DNA from: Spirochaetia bacterium
GTDB lineage: Bacteria; Spirochaetota; Spirochaetia; DSM-27196; PWMO01
NCBI GenBank assembly: GCA_041686235.1
Contig: JAWLED010000005.1
Location: 1-62,360 of the forward strand
Direction of reading: 5' to 3'
Length of the DNA: 62,360 nucleotides
Below, piece after piece: positions 26,197 through 34,975 of this stretch. The notes beneath the pieces were generated by a model. The model made no database searches. It saw only the letters and a program-made list of their open reading frames with translations, and had not been told where the DNA came from. Positions within the stretch are counted from its first letter, which is position 1. Every line of letters starts with the position of its first letter. The position numbers and the translations under genes were made by a program.

Positions 26197-26945
26197 ACCG
26201 TGGAATTTGCGTACAGCGCTTTGCGGTATTCGCTCTCACTCGGATGACTGGTAGGATGCAACCTGACGGGCGTAATAGACACGGCCCCGTGAGCAACCGC
26301 GTACCAATCCGTTCCGGGGACAAGCTCCGGCTCCGCCGGCTGTCCGCCCATGAAGAAGTAAACGTCTCCCCGGGGAGTTCTGAACTCCGAAAGCTTGTCC
26401 TGATACACCCGAACCGACGGCGAGGTGATATCTATCGGTTTATCACGTTCCGGGGTATTCGGGGCGTTGATATTGAGAAAATGCTCGTCGTTCCACAGCG
26501 ACACCAGCTCGTCGAGTCTGTCACGCACGAGCTCGGCCAGCGGATCGAAGTGCAACGTCGTGTCGAACCCGTTTACCGACAGCGCGATACCGGCGATTCC
26601 CATAATTGCGGCCTGACGAGCAGCGGCTACCGTCCCGGAGTAGATGATGTCGGTTCCGAGATTCGCCCCGATGTTGATGCCGGAGATGACCACGTCCGGA
26701 CGCTCCGGCATAACACCGGCCAGAGCGAGAATAACACAATCGGCCGGAGACCCGCCCACCGCCAGGGTACGCTCTCCGACCTCGCGGCACCGAATAGGAT
26801 CCTTGACGGTGATGTAGTGAGACATGGCGCTTCGCTCCCCATCCGGTGCAAGCACCCATATATCGTGGTGCGGCGCGAGAGCCTCTCTGACTGCGTGCAG
26901 TCCAGGGCTGTCGATGCCGTCATCGTTGGTCAGCAGTACGCGCAT
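26193..26945 (-). CDS. surE: 5'/3'-nucleotidase SurE
   Basis: MRVLLTNDDGIDSPGL N-terminus and GINIGANLG motif. Confidence 0.95.
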   Translation of the reverse strand: MRVLLTNDDGIDSPGLHAVREALAPHHDIWVLAPDGERSAMSHYITVKDPIRCREVGERTLAVGGSPADCVILALAGVMPERPDVVISGINIGANLGTDIIYSGTVAAARQAAIMGIAGIALSVNGFDTTLHFDPLAELVRDRLDELVSLWNDEHFLNINAPNTPERDKPIDITSPSVRVYQDKLSEFRTPRGDVYFFMGGQPAEPELVPGTDWYAVAHGAVSITPVRLHPTSHPSESEYRKALYANSTV

Positions 26946-28095
26946 TTTCCCTCCATTGGACGTCGATACCGTCGGTCGGTGAAGCTAAAAATGTCTCGGT
27001 GCGAAACCCGAATATCCGATGGTAGCGCTCCAACAGGCCATGATACGCATCGAGACTATCGCGTTCAAGAAGAGACACCGTCGAGCCCCCGAAACCACCA
27101 CCGGCGATACGCGTTCCGTACACGCCGTCGATTTGGGTGGCATGTTTCACCAGCCAATCTACCTCGGGGCAGGAAACCTCATACTGATCTCGCAAACTAA
27201 TGTGCGAATGCGTCAACAGCTTGCCGGCGGTCGTTACGTTTCCGTGCAAGAGCGCCCGAGCCATTTCACCAACTCGAGCGCCTTCTTCAACAACGTGAAT
27301 ACATCGTCTTCGGACGGTCTCCGGCACCCGCCCCATCTGTTCGTTTATGTCGGAAACGCGGAAATCTCGCAGCGCCGTACCGCTATGATGACGGGTCAAC
27401 GCCGCCAGCCCACGCCGGCATTCTTCAAAGCGCGAACGAAACGTAGACTCCGTGGGCAGCTGAGGAACGCCCGCTACCGTGACCGCAAGTACTGCCGTGC
27501 CGAGCTCAATGGGAATATGCTGGGGCTCCTGAAATCGGTCGTCGTATAGCAGTCCATGGCCGGGGCGGGCAATCTGCGCGGACATGAACGGCGCAACGCC
27601 ACCGCCGGCCTGTGAAAATCGGCTCTTCGCCCGTTTCCCGCAGAGCCATAACTCTTGATCCGAGAGGTCTGCTTCGTAGAGTGCGCGCATCCCCACCAGC
27701 GCGGCCATGAGAAGCGCAGCAGAGCCCGATAGTCCGGAATTCTGAGGTACCGTACCGCCGACGGTGAGATTAATACCGGTGATCCCCGCTTCGACGGCGA
27801 GCACTTCGGCGACTGCACCTTTCAGAACGTTCGCCCATCGATCCTCTCGTCGATACTTTAAATTAGAGATGTTGGTTCTTTTACGCTCGTCGTAATCGGC
27901 TGCAAAAAAGCGTAACGAGCTATCTTTACGACGGGAGAGCACCACCCACATACGGCGTGGTACTGATAAGCGTAGTACAGGGCCACCGCTGACTTCGGTG
28001 TGAGACCCCATGAGGTCGATACCTCCGGGAGCAGACACCACGATTTCTGCGGTTTCGCCATATTCCGCCTCGTGAGCAGCGGAGTAGTCTTTCAT
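26920..28095 (-). CDS. GHMP kinase, galactokinase-like
   Basis: APGGIDLMGSHTEVSGGPVL (divergent galactokinase signature) and GHMP motif II GLSGSAAL. The 3' end overlaps surE by 26 nt. Confidence 0.75.
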   Translation of the reverse strand: MKDYSAAHEAEYGETAEIVVSAPGGIDLMGSHTEVSGGPVLRLSVPRRMWVVLSRRKDSSLRFFAADYDERKRTNISNLKYRREDRWANVLKGAVAEVLAVEAGITGINLTVGGTVPQNSGLSGSAALLMAALVGMRALYEADLSDQELWLCGKRAKSRFSQAGGGVAPFMSAQIARPGHGLLYDDRFQEPQHIPIELGTAVLAVTVAGVPQLPTESTFRSRFEECRRGLAALTRHHSGTALRDFRVSDINEQMGRVPETVRRRCIHVVEEGARVGEMARALLHGNVTTAGKLLTHSHISLRDQYEVSCPEVDWLVKHATQIDGVYGTRIAGGGFGGSTVSLLERDSLDAYHGLLERYHRIFGFRTETFLASPTDGIDVQWRENARTADQR

Positions 28096-28172
28096 CCGGA
28101 GGGACCCCCAAAGGTTTTTGACGGCCTCATTTTACAGCAAACGGTCGGGTTATTCAATAAAGACTCCATTTC

Positions 28173-29888
28173 GTGTACGGTGGCGCGATGGCAATGATTC
28201 TCGCAGCGTTTTCCGGATTCCTTACCGCACTCGCTCTTCCCAACGAGCTGTTCCCGTCCGGAAGCTCCATTCTCGGTGTCATCTGTGTCGTTCCCTACTT
28301 CATCGCTCTACACCGAGCACGGAGCATCCGCACCGGGGCACTGCTCGGCGCGATATACGGCGCGGTTTCCACCGCATCTTCCAACTATTGGTTGGCCTTT
28401 TTTCAGGACTTCTCCGTGTGGACACTCGGCGGAACAACCCTCGGTTACGCGCTCATCCATGCGCTCCTTGCCCCCGCTCTCATGCGCATGCTCCGCGAAG
28501 ACCGACTGTGGCGACCATTCGCTGTTGCCATGGTTTGGGCGGCCTACGAATATCTTAAATCGGTCGGGTTTCTTGCCTACCCGTGGGGACTTCTGGCATA
28601 TCCGCCGAGCAATATCTTACTGTACATTCAACATATAGAGATCACCGGTATCTGGTCGTTGTCGTTCATGACGGCCGCCGCCAACGCCGTCATAGCCGAA
28701 GCGTTCATTCGAGGCGGGTCGCCGGGGTCACTCCGGTCGCCGGGGTCACTCCGCTCGCCGGGGTCACTCCGGTCGCCGAGGTCACTCCGGTCGCCGGGGT
28801 CACTCCGGTCGCCGAGGTCACTCCGGGTGCTCGCCTCAGCGGGACGCTTCGCTCCGACCCGTTTAGCCGGCACCCTGGGGCGCCAGGCCGCTTTTGTGGT
28901 TCTCCTTATCGGCATCGCGCTGCTGTTCGGCGTGTGGCGCTTCGCCAACCCGATACCCGTATCCGGCAATCTGAGCCTGATTATGGTGCAACAGAATATT
29001 GACCAATGGCGAAGCGGCCAAGAGGAACCGAGCATACGCAGAGGACAGGAGCTCACCCGCGAAGCACTGCGCGCAACCACAGAAGCGGTAGATCTCGTGG
29101 CGTGGAGCGAAACCTCGCTACAACGTCCCTACCCCGAGTATCGGGAGTTCTATCGCAGGCACCCGAGCGGAGACCCGTTTTTGTCGTTCTTGCGAGACAT
29201 CGAGACCCCCTTCCTTACCGGCGCGCCGGTCGCACTCGACAGAGAGGGTGACGAAACCATGAACGGCGCAATTCTGTTATCTCCCTCCGGTGAGCGGTCC
29301 GACTATTACGGTAAGCAACATCTCGTGCCCTTTGCCGAGCACATTCCGTTCTGGAATCTACAGGTGGTGCGGGATTTCTATCGAAACACCATCGGACTTG
29401 CCCGAGGATGGAGCGTCGGCACCGAATACCGACTCTTCGATCTCGACGTGCATGACGAGGAGATCGGACGCGTACGCATTGGAACCCCCATCTGCTTCGA
29501 GGATTCGTTTGGGTACCTGGCCCGCGGATTCGTCTACGAGGGAGCCGACGTCCTCGTCAATCTCACTAACAATGCCTGGTCACGGACCGAATCGGCACAG
29601 ATCCAACACTTCGTCTCCGCGCGGTTTCGCAGCATCGAAAATCGCACGGCACTTGCCCGCTCCACGAATTCGGGCCTCACTGCGGTCGTGGATGCGTACG
29701 GCACGGTTACGGAACAGGTGCCCATGTTCGAGGCTTCAGCCGTTCGTGCCGATGTGCCGATTTACGACACCGATGGGGCGACGCTCTACACGCGCTACAG
29801 CGACTGGCTCGGGAGACTACTGACGCTGGGAACCGGGCTCCTTATCGTCTGGCTGTACATTCGAGACCGGCGGGCCGGCAGGCTTTGA
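28173..29888 (+). CDS. lnt: Apolipoprotein N-acyltransferase (copy 1, with repeat insert)
   Basis: Multi-TM N-terminal part. Nitrilase-type domain (VAWSETS, GKQHLVPFAEHIPF, TPICFEDSF, NLTNNAWS). Terminal TM. Start is GTG 28173 or ATG 28188/28194. Confidence 0.9.
   Translation: MYGGAMAMILAAFSGFLTALALPNELFPSGSSILGVICVVPYFIALHRARSIRTGALLGAIYGAVSTASSNYWLAFFQDFSVWTLGGTTLGYALIHALLAPALMRMLREDRLWRPFAVAMVWAAYEYLKSVGFLAYPWGLLAYPPSNILLYIQHIEITGIWSLSFMTAAANAVIAEAFIRGGSPGSLRSPGSLRSPGSLRSPRSLRSPGSLRSPRSLRVLASAGRFAPTRLAGTLGRQAAFVVLLIGIALLFGVWRFANPIPVSGNLSLIMVQQNIDQWRSGQEEPSIRRGQELTREALRATTEAVDLVAWSETSLQRPYPEYREFYRRHPSGDPFLSFLRDIETPFLTGAPVALDREGDETMNGAILLSPSGERSDYYGKQHLVPFAEHIPFWNLQVVRDFYRNTIGLARGWSVGTEYRLFDLDVHDEEIGRVRIGTPICFEDSFGYLARGFVYEGADVLVNLTNNAWSRTESAQIQHFVSARFRSIENRTALARSTNSGLTAVVDAYGTVTEQVPMFEASAVRADVPIYDTDGATLYTRYSDWLGRLLTLGTGLLIVWLYIRDRRAGRL
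28717..28824 (+). repeat. Six tandem 18-nt repeats (ggtcgccggggtcactcc) encoding (SPGSLR)n inside lnt
   Basis: Units at 28717, 28735, 28753, 28771, 28789 and 28807 with 0-1 substitutions each. In frame. All frames are open across the array. Confidence 0.95.
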
Positions 29889-29929
29889 CACCGCCCGCGC
29901 CGCCGAGGGGAAGGCTTCTCTTGGCGAAG

Positions 29930-30175
29930 CTATTTTATGTTGTAGCGCCGCTTGAACCGCTCGACGCGACCTGTGGTGTCTACCAGCTTCTGCTTACCCG
30001 TGAAGAAGGGGTGTGACGCGCTCGAAATTTCAACGTCGAACACGGGGTACTCGTTCCCGTCCTCGTACTGGACCGTCTGATTGGTTTTTACCGTTGAGCG
30101 GGCCATAAAGAGGGTGCCCGAAGCGGTGTCGCGAAATACGACCGGCCGATATTGGGGATGAATGTCCTTTTTCAT
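29930..30175 (-). CDS. rpmE: 50S ribosomal protein L31, type B (no Cys zinc ribbon)
   Basis: MKKDIHPQY...HPFFTGKQK with no CxxC motifs. Directly downstream of rho. Confidence 0.95.
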   Translation of the reverse strand: MKKDIHPQYRPVVFRDTASGTLFMARSTVKTNQTVQYEDGNEYPVFDVEISSASHPFFTGKQKLVDTTGRVERFKRRYNIK

Positions 30176-30205
30176 AGTGCAACTGCTCCTGTCTTTATGC
30201 CTTCT

Positions 30206-32152
30206 TCATTCCATAGACGATGATGTATTCATCGAGCGGAGAAAGGCCTCATTGTTCTTGGTTTTCTTCATTCTGTCAATCAGGAGCTCGATGATCTCCG
30301 CGTCGTCCATCGGGTTGATGACTTTGCGGAGCACCCACATCTTCTGAAGCTCCTCCTCGGTCAACAACAGGTCCTCGCGACGAGTACCCGATTTCTTGAT
30401 GTTGAACGCCGGGTACAGACGACGGTCTGCAAGGCGTCTGTCGAGGTCGATCTCCATGTTACCGGTACCCTTGAACTCCTCGAAGATGACCTCGTCCATG
30501 CGACTACCGGTTTCGATAAGCGCCGTTGCCACGACCGTGAGGCTGCCGCCGTCTTCGATGTTTCTCGCAGCACCGAAGAAGCGTTTAGGCTTGTGCAGCG
30601 CGTTGGAGTCGACACCACCGGACAGGATCTTGCCTGAGGTAGGTACCGTTTGATTGTACGCACGGGCCAGCCGGGTTATAGAGTCGAGTAGAATGACAAC
30701 GTCCTTCTTGTGCTCCACGAGCCGGCGTGCCTTCTCGAGCACCATTTCCGCTACCTGCACGTGCCGAGTGGCCTGCTCGTCGAAGGTGGAGGAAACGACC
30801 TCCGCGTCCACGTTTCGCTGCATATCGGTAACCTCTTCAGGTCGCTCGTCGATAAGCAACACGATGAGCACACACTCGGGGTTGTTCGTCGTGATCGCGT
30901 TGGCGATTTTCTGCAGCAGAATGGTCTTACCCGTTCGCGGTGGGGAAACGATCAACCCGCGCTGCCCCTTCCCTATGGGACAGAACAGATTTATCATCCG
31001 GGTCGAGATATCGCCGTTCGGCATTTCCATGTCGAGGCGCGAGTCCGGATAGAGCGGCGTAAGATTGTCGAACGGAATCCTCGTCTGGGCAACCGAGGGA
31101 TTGTCGATGTTGACCGTTTCCACGCGCAGCATTGCGAAGAAGCGCTCTCCCTCTTTCGGTGGACGAATCTGCCCGTAAACCGTGTCCCCCGTCTTGAGGT
31201 TGAAGAGGCGAATCTGCGACGGCGAAATGTAGATATCGTCGGGGCCGGGAAGGTAGGAGTTCTGCGGCGAGCGCAAGAATCCGTAACCGTCCGGCAAAAT
31301 TTCGAGGGATCCGTAGGCGTATATGGTTCCGTTGCTTTCGGTGTGCGCCTTCAGTATCGCAAAGATGACCTCTTGTTTCTTCAGCGACAGGAGGTTGTCT
31401 TGGCTTATGCCCATTTTACCGGCAAACTGCCGCAACTCCTTCATGTTCATGTTGCTGAGGTCATTGATACTCAGGCTGCGGTCTTTATTGCCGCCGGCGT
31501 CGTTGCCGTTGCCGTTGCCGCCACCGCCGCCTCCGCCGCGTCGAGAAGAACGACCTTTTTTCCGGTCGCGGTTCTTATTTGACCCGCTATTCCCACCGGA
31601 TTGATTACCGGAGTTGCTTCTTCCACCGCCGGAAGAATCATCACCGGACTGTTGGCCCTTGTTTTTCGATTGTTGCGAGTCTTTGTCCTCTTGATTGTTC
31701 CGATTACCGGAGGACTCGCCTTCGGAGGACTCGTTGTTCGCGGCCGACGGTTCCGCACGGTTTTGCCCGGCAGCCTGCTCGGCTCCGGGTTCCTCGCGGG
31801 CCTCGCCGCCGGAGGGCCGTGTTTCGTCCTCGCCGGCGGCGTCGCCACGGTTGGAACCGTTATCCTTTTTGAGCGCTACGCGGATCTTCTTCTTATTGGG
31901 CTTCTTTTGATCCTCGGCGTCGCCCTGTTCCGTTTTTGCGGCGTCGTCCTGCGACGAGTCCGGCGCAGCGTCGCCCCCGCGTTCGCTCCCGCCCTGTTCG
32001 CTTTCTCCGTTATTGCGGTCGTTGTCGTGGTTACGGTCGTCGCCACCGGCTTGCAGCTCGAACTCTTGCTGTATATCTGTGGATCCTTCCACGTCTTTGT
32101 CCTCCCCAGGAGCAGTCTCCTGAGATTTACCATTCTTTCTCACAAAAGCCAT
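30206..32152 (-). CDS. rho: Transcription termination factor Rho with about 226-aa low-complexity N-terminal extension
   Basis: Rho N-terminal helix bundle ([13 protein letters not shown]), CSD-like RNA-binding part, Walker [10 protein letters not shown]-terminal ATPase. Start is MAFVRKN at 32152 with GGAG 8 nt upstream. Confidence 0.95.
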   Translation of the reverse strand: MAFVRKNGKSQETAPGEDKDVEGSTDIQQEFELQAGGDDRNHDNDRNNGESEQGGSERGGDAAPDSSQDDAAKTEQGDAEDQKKPNKKKIRVALKKDNGSNRGDAAGEDETRPSGGEAREEPGAEQAAGQNRAEPSAANNESSEGESSGNRNNQEDKDSQQSKNKGQQSGDDSSGGGRSNSGNQSGGNSGSNKNRDRKKGRSSRRGGGGGGGNGNGNDAGGNKDRSLSINDLSNMNMKELRQFAGKMGISQDNLLSLKKQEVIFAILKAHTESNGTIYAYGSLEILPDGYGFLRSPQNSYLPGPDDIYISPSQIRLFNLKTGDTVYGQIRPPKEGERFFAMLRVETVNIDNPSVAQTRIPFDNLTPLYPDSRLDMEMPNGDISTRMINLFCPIGKGQRGLIVSPPRTGKTILLQKIANAITTNNPECVLIVLLIDERPEEVTDMQRNVDAEVVSSTFDEQATRHVQVAEMVLEKARRLVEHKKDVVILLDSITRLARAYNQTVPTSGKILSGGVDSNALHKPKRFFGAARNIEDGGSLTVVATALIETGSRMDEVIFEEFKGTGNMEIDLDRRLADRRLYPAFNIKKSGTRREDLLLTEEELQKMWVLRKVINPMDDAEIIELLIDRMKKTKNNEAFLRSMNTSSSME

Positions 32153-32305
32153 TGGAAACTCCAGACGGTTCTTTGGTGGTGGAATGCGTCGCAATATTCA
32201 GGCAAGAGTTTGCTTACACTACTCACCCGCTTCATACACTTGTTTGTTTGCTTGATTTCGACGGAACGTGCTCTTGGATTAGAAGGTTCCATTAAGTATA
32301 TGACG

Positions 32306-33556
32306 TCAGCTCTTGTATGTCAAGCCGACCTCATGTAGCACCTCTCGTACCAAAAGCAGCGCGCTAACCGCCGACCATCTTCGAACTCGATCCCTTTCCC
32401 TCGGTAAAAAGATTCGCTGAGCGCGAACAACTCTCTCCCCGACCGCTACGGCCAGCCAAACCGTTCCGACCGGTTTTAACTCCGTCCCCCCGCCAGGCCC
32501 GGCAATACCGGTTATCGATAGCGAAATCTGGGCGTCTCCATCGGTGCGCCGCAGCGCCCCCAGGGCCATTTCTCCGGCGACCTCTTCGCTGACCGCCCCA
32601 TGAGCCTGCAACGTCTCACTCGAAACACCCAAAACGCTTGTTTTCGCCGCGTCGGCGTACGTGACGAAACCTCCCCACAATACCGCGGAACTGCCGGGAA
32701 CATCCGTCATAAGTTTCGTCACTAACCCGCCGGTGCATGACTCTGCGCACACCAAAAGGACGCCCGCCCTCGACAAATCGTCGAGGAGTACCTCGCCGAT
32801 TTCCCGTTGCCCCTCCACGACTCGCTCGACGCCCAGATCTTCTCGTAATCGCTCGTAAAAGGCTCGACGCGCCGTCTCGCTGCCGCCGCGAAGGCTCAGC
32901 AAGATCCGGTAGCCCTCGGCGTTTGTTCCCCACGTCACGCCCGAGGCCGCAGTGCGCTGGAGTGCCTCTTCGAGGTCGGACTCGGGCACCATAAACGTCG
33001 TGAGCCACAGGAGCTCTTCGACGGCAACTCCCAGCCGACGTTCGAGTAGCGGGCGTATATGCGTGCTCACGACATGCTGCAACTCCCGCGGAGGGCCGGG
33101 AAGCGCTATGACGGTACACCCATCGATGTCCCCAATAAACCCCGGCGCCGTACCAACCTCATTGGGCACGACCTCGAAGCCCGCGGGGATCATCGCCTGC
33201 TTACGATTGGTATCGGAAATCCGTCGACCACGGAACCGATTAACCAACCGATCCCAAATGTCTTCGTGAAACTCCAACTCGACGCGTGCCGCCTCGGCAA
33301 CAGCCTCTCTCGTAAGATCGTCCGAGGTCGGCCCGAGTCCGCCGGTTATGACCACCGTGCCGACCCGCGGAAACAGATCTATAAACTCCCGTCGATACGC
33401 ATCGAGATCGTCCGGAACCAGCGAGATGCGGTCCACGGATACACCCAATTCGGCAAAAAGCGCCGACAAATACTTCCCGTGCCGATCGAGGGTGCGCCCT
33501 TCGGTCAGTTCATCGCCAACGCAAAGTACCGCCGAACGATGATGCCGATCAGACAC
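32306..33556 (-). CDS. cinA: CinA family protein (MoCF-like domain + nicotinamide-nucleotide amidohydrolase PncC domain)
   Basis: N-terminal LCVGDELTEGRTLDRHGKYL. C-terminal CinA/PncC domain (CAESCTGG). Confidence 0.9.
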   Translation of the reverse strand: MSDRHHRSAVLCVGDELTEGRTLDRHGKYLSALFAELGVSVDRISLVPDDLDAYRREFIDLFPRVGTVVITGGLGPTSDDLTREAVAEAARVELEFHEDIWDRLVNRFRGRRISDTNRKQAMIPAGFEVVPNEVGTAPGFIGDIDGCTVIALPGPPRELQHVVSTHIRPLLERRLGVAVEELLWLTTFMVPESDLEEALQRTAASGVTWGTNAEGYRILLSLRGGSETARRAFYERLREDLGVERVVEGQREIGEVLLDDLSRAGVLLVCAESCTGGLVTKLMTDVPGSSAVLWGGFVTYADAAKTSVLGVSSETLQAHGAVSEEVAGEMALGALRRTDGDAQISLSITGIAGPGGGTELKPVGTVWLAVAVGERVVRAQRIFLPRERDRVRRWSAVSALLLVREVLHEVGLTYKS

Positions 33557-33968
33557 GCTGCGCCGATTCTTTCAGTTGCTCGACCGGTGCGGAGAACACG
33601 TCTATAGAATCCGGATTGCGCAACATTTCGCACTTTCCTTCAAAGACCACGCCGTCGGCAATGCGGAGCTTTGCCGTACGAACGTTACCGTAGATCTTTC
33701 CGCTCGGCAACATCTCTACGTGCCGGGCCCCCTGCACGTTTCCGTGGACCTCGCCCGCAATCACAACGGAGTCGGCTGTGACGTCGGCGCGAACGTAGGC
33801 CCCATCCTCTATGTAGAGGAAGCCTTCCGCAACGATTTCCCCTTCGAACCGCCCACTAATTTTTACCGGTGAGCTGAACTTCATACGCCCATTAAAGGAC
33901 GTGCGTTGGCCGAGCCGGGTCGCGATGCGGGGAAGATCTCGCTGCTTTTTTTGTACGTTTTTTGCCAT
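33549..33968 (-). CDS. Bactofilin family cytoskeletal protein (copy 1)
   Basis: Beta-helical repeat pattern (GRFEGEIVAEGFLYIEDGAYVRADVTADSVVIAGEVHGNVQGARHVEMLPSGKIYGNV). Overlaps the cinA start by 8 nt. Confidence 0.85.
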   Translation of the reverse strand: MAKNVQKKQRDLPRIATRLGQRTSFNGRMKFSSPVKISGRFEGEIVAEGFLYIEDGAYVRADVTADSVVIAGEVHGNVQGARHVEMLPSGKIYGNVRTAKLRIADGVVFEGKCEMLRNPDSIDVFSAPVEQLKESAQRV

Positions 33969-33971
33969 TGT

Positions 33972-34193
33972 TTACTTCGTTTGCATAACGAACACCCCGT
34001 CCCAATCCTCGGGAGGAGGATGCTCTATGTAGTGGCGGCATCGTTCTGCGTATACACGGGACGGCCCGTCCGAAGGGTCGACTTCGAGAGCCTTCTCAAA
34101 TCGAGACAGGGCGTCCTCGAAGTTCATAAGCTTATAATGCTTACGTCCCTCGGTAAAGTGCGTCAGTACCTGACGCTTCTCTTCGGTTATCAT
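33972..34193 (-). CDS. Small TPR-like helical protein (73 aa), function unknown
   Basis: One TPR-like hairpin (GRKHYKLMNFEDALSRFEKALEVDPSD). C-terminal PPPEDWDGVFVMQTK. Tightly packed between the response regulator and bactofilin genes. Confidence 0.6.
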   Translation of the reverse strand: MITEEKRQVLTHFTEGRKHYKLMNFEDALSRFEKALEVDPSDGPSRVYAERCRHYIEHPPPEDWDGVFVMQTK

Positions 34194-34211
34194 CGGTTTC
34201 GTGCCCTTTAG

Positions 34212-34949
34212 TCAACCGTTCTGACGACCGGCCTGCTTATGATAGTTGTCGAAATGCTTTTGGTATTTTTCTTCGAGCATTTCAAGCGTCGTCTCGCGGG
34301 CTTTGATCTCGTCGCCTTTGCTCTGAAGCTCCTGGATCTCTTCTTCCAACCCGTCGAGCGTGGCAAGAGTCTCTTCCGATTCTTTTCGGACGAGATCTAC
34401 GAACTCTTTTACCCGCCCTTGATCCGCCGGGTCGAGCTCTTTGGCCGCCGAAATGATTTCCAGCACCGGGTTACGCAGATGACGGGTAAAATAGACGAGA
34501 GACTGGTTCAGTGACTCTGCAACTGCTATTCGACGTTCCCGTTCGATGACTTGCTGAGATAGGTCGCGGTGCCGCAACACGGCCTTGATACGGGCAAGCA
34601 CTTCCGAAAAGTTGAAGGGCTTCGTAATGTAGTCCTCGATACCCAGCTCAAACCCTTCAATTTTGTCTTTTACATCGTCCATAGCCGAGAACATAACGAT
34701 CGGCACGTCTCGCACGTCCTCGTAGTCCTCATCCTGCTTGATGGCTCGCGTAACTTCCCACCCCGAGAGCTTCGGCATGATGTTATCGAGAATGATGAGG
34801 TCCGGCTCGATTTCTTGAACCTTTTCGAGTGCTTCTTCCCCGTCTTTGGCCTTTTCGACCGTAAAGCCGAGCTTGGACAGCATTACGTCAAAGAAATCGA
34901 GATTAATTTGTTCGTCGTCGACGATGAGTATGGTTCCCTTTGTGTCCAT
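34212..34949 (-). CDS. Response regulator: receiver domain + C-terminal coiled-coil region, no recognisable output domain
   Basis: ILIVDDE...DLIILDNIMPKLSGWE...PIVMFSA receiver motifs. The following ~120 aa are helical and charged. Confidence 0.85.
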   Translation of the reverse strand: MDTKGTILIVDDEQINLDFFDVMLSKLGFTVEKAKDGEEALEKVQEIEPDLIILDNIMPKLSGWEVTRAIKQDEDYEDVRDVPIVMFSAMDDVKDKIEGFELGIEDYITKPFNFSEVLARIKAVLRHRDLSQQVIERERRIAVAESLNQSLVYFTRHLRNPVLEIISAAKELDPADQGRVKEFVDLVRKESEETLATLDGLEEEIQELQSKGDEIKARETTLEMLEEKYQKHFDNYHKQAGRQNG

Positions 34950-34975
34950 GGGAAATGCCTCTTGATGTGATTTTC

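Noticed and set aside
26187-27200. 337-aa plus-strand ORF antisense to surE and the GHMP kinase
   Set aside because: It spans two well-supported minus-strand genes and has no motifs.
28717-28824. Repeat arrays (here and at 83-169) considered as CRISPR-like
   Set aside because: The units are 18 nt with no spacers and lie in frame inside conserved genes. They are coding minisatellites, not CRISPR.
29913-29938. Possible terminator after lnt copy 1 (GGCTTC-N7-GAAGCT + ATTTTAT)
   Set aside because: The stem is only 5-6 bp and the T-tract is interrupted and lies within the rpmE coding end. It is too weak to call.
30710-32338. Long plus-strand ORFs (290 and 245 aa) antisense to rho
   Set aside because: They are shadow ORFs inside rho and its low-complexity region, with repetitive Gly/Val/Leu or Arg-rich composition.
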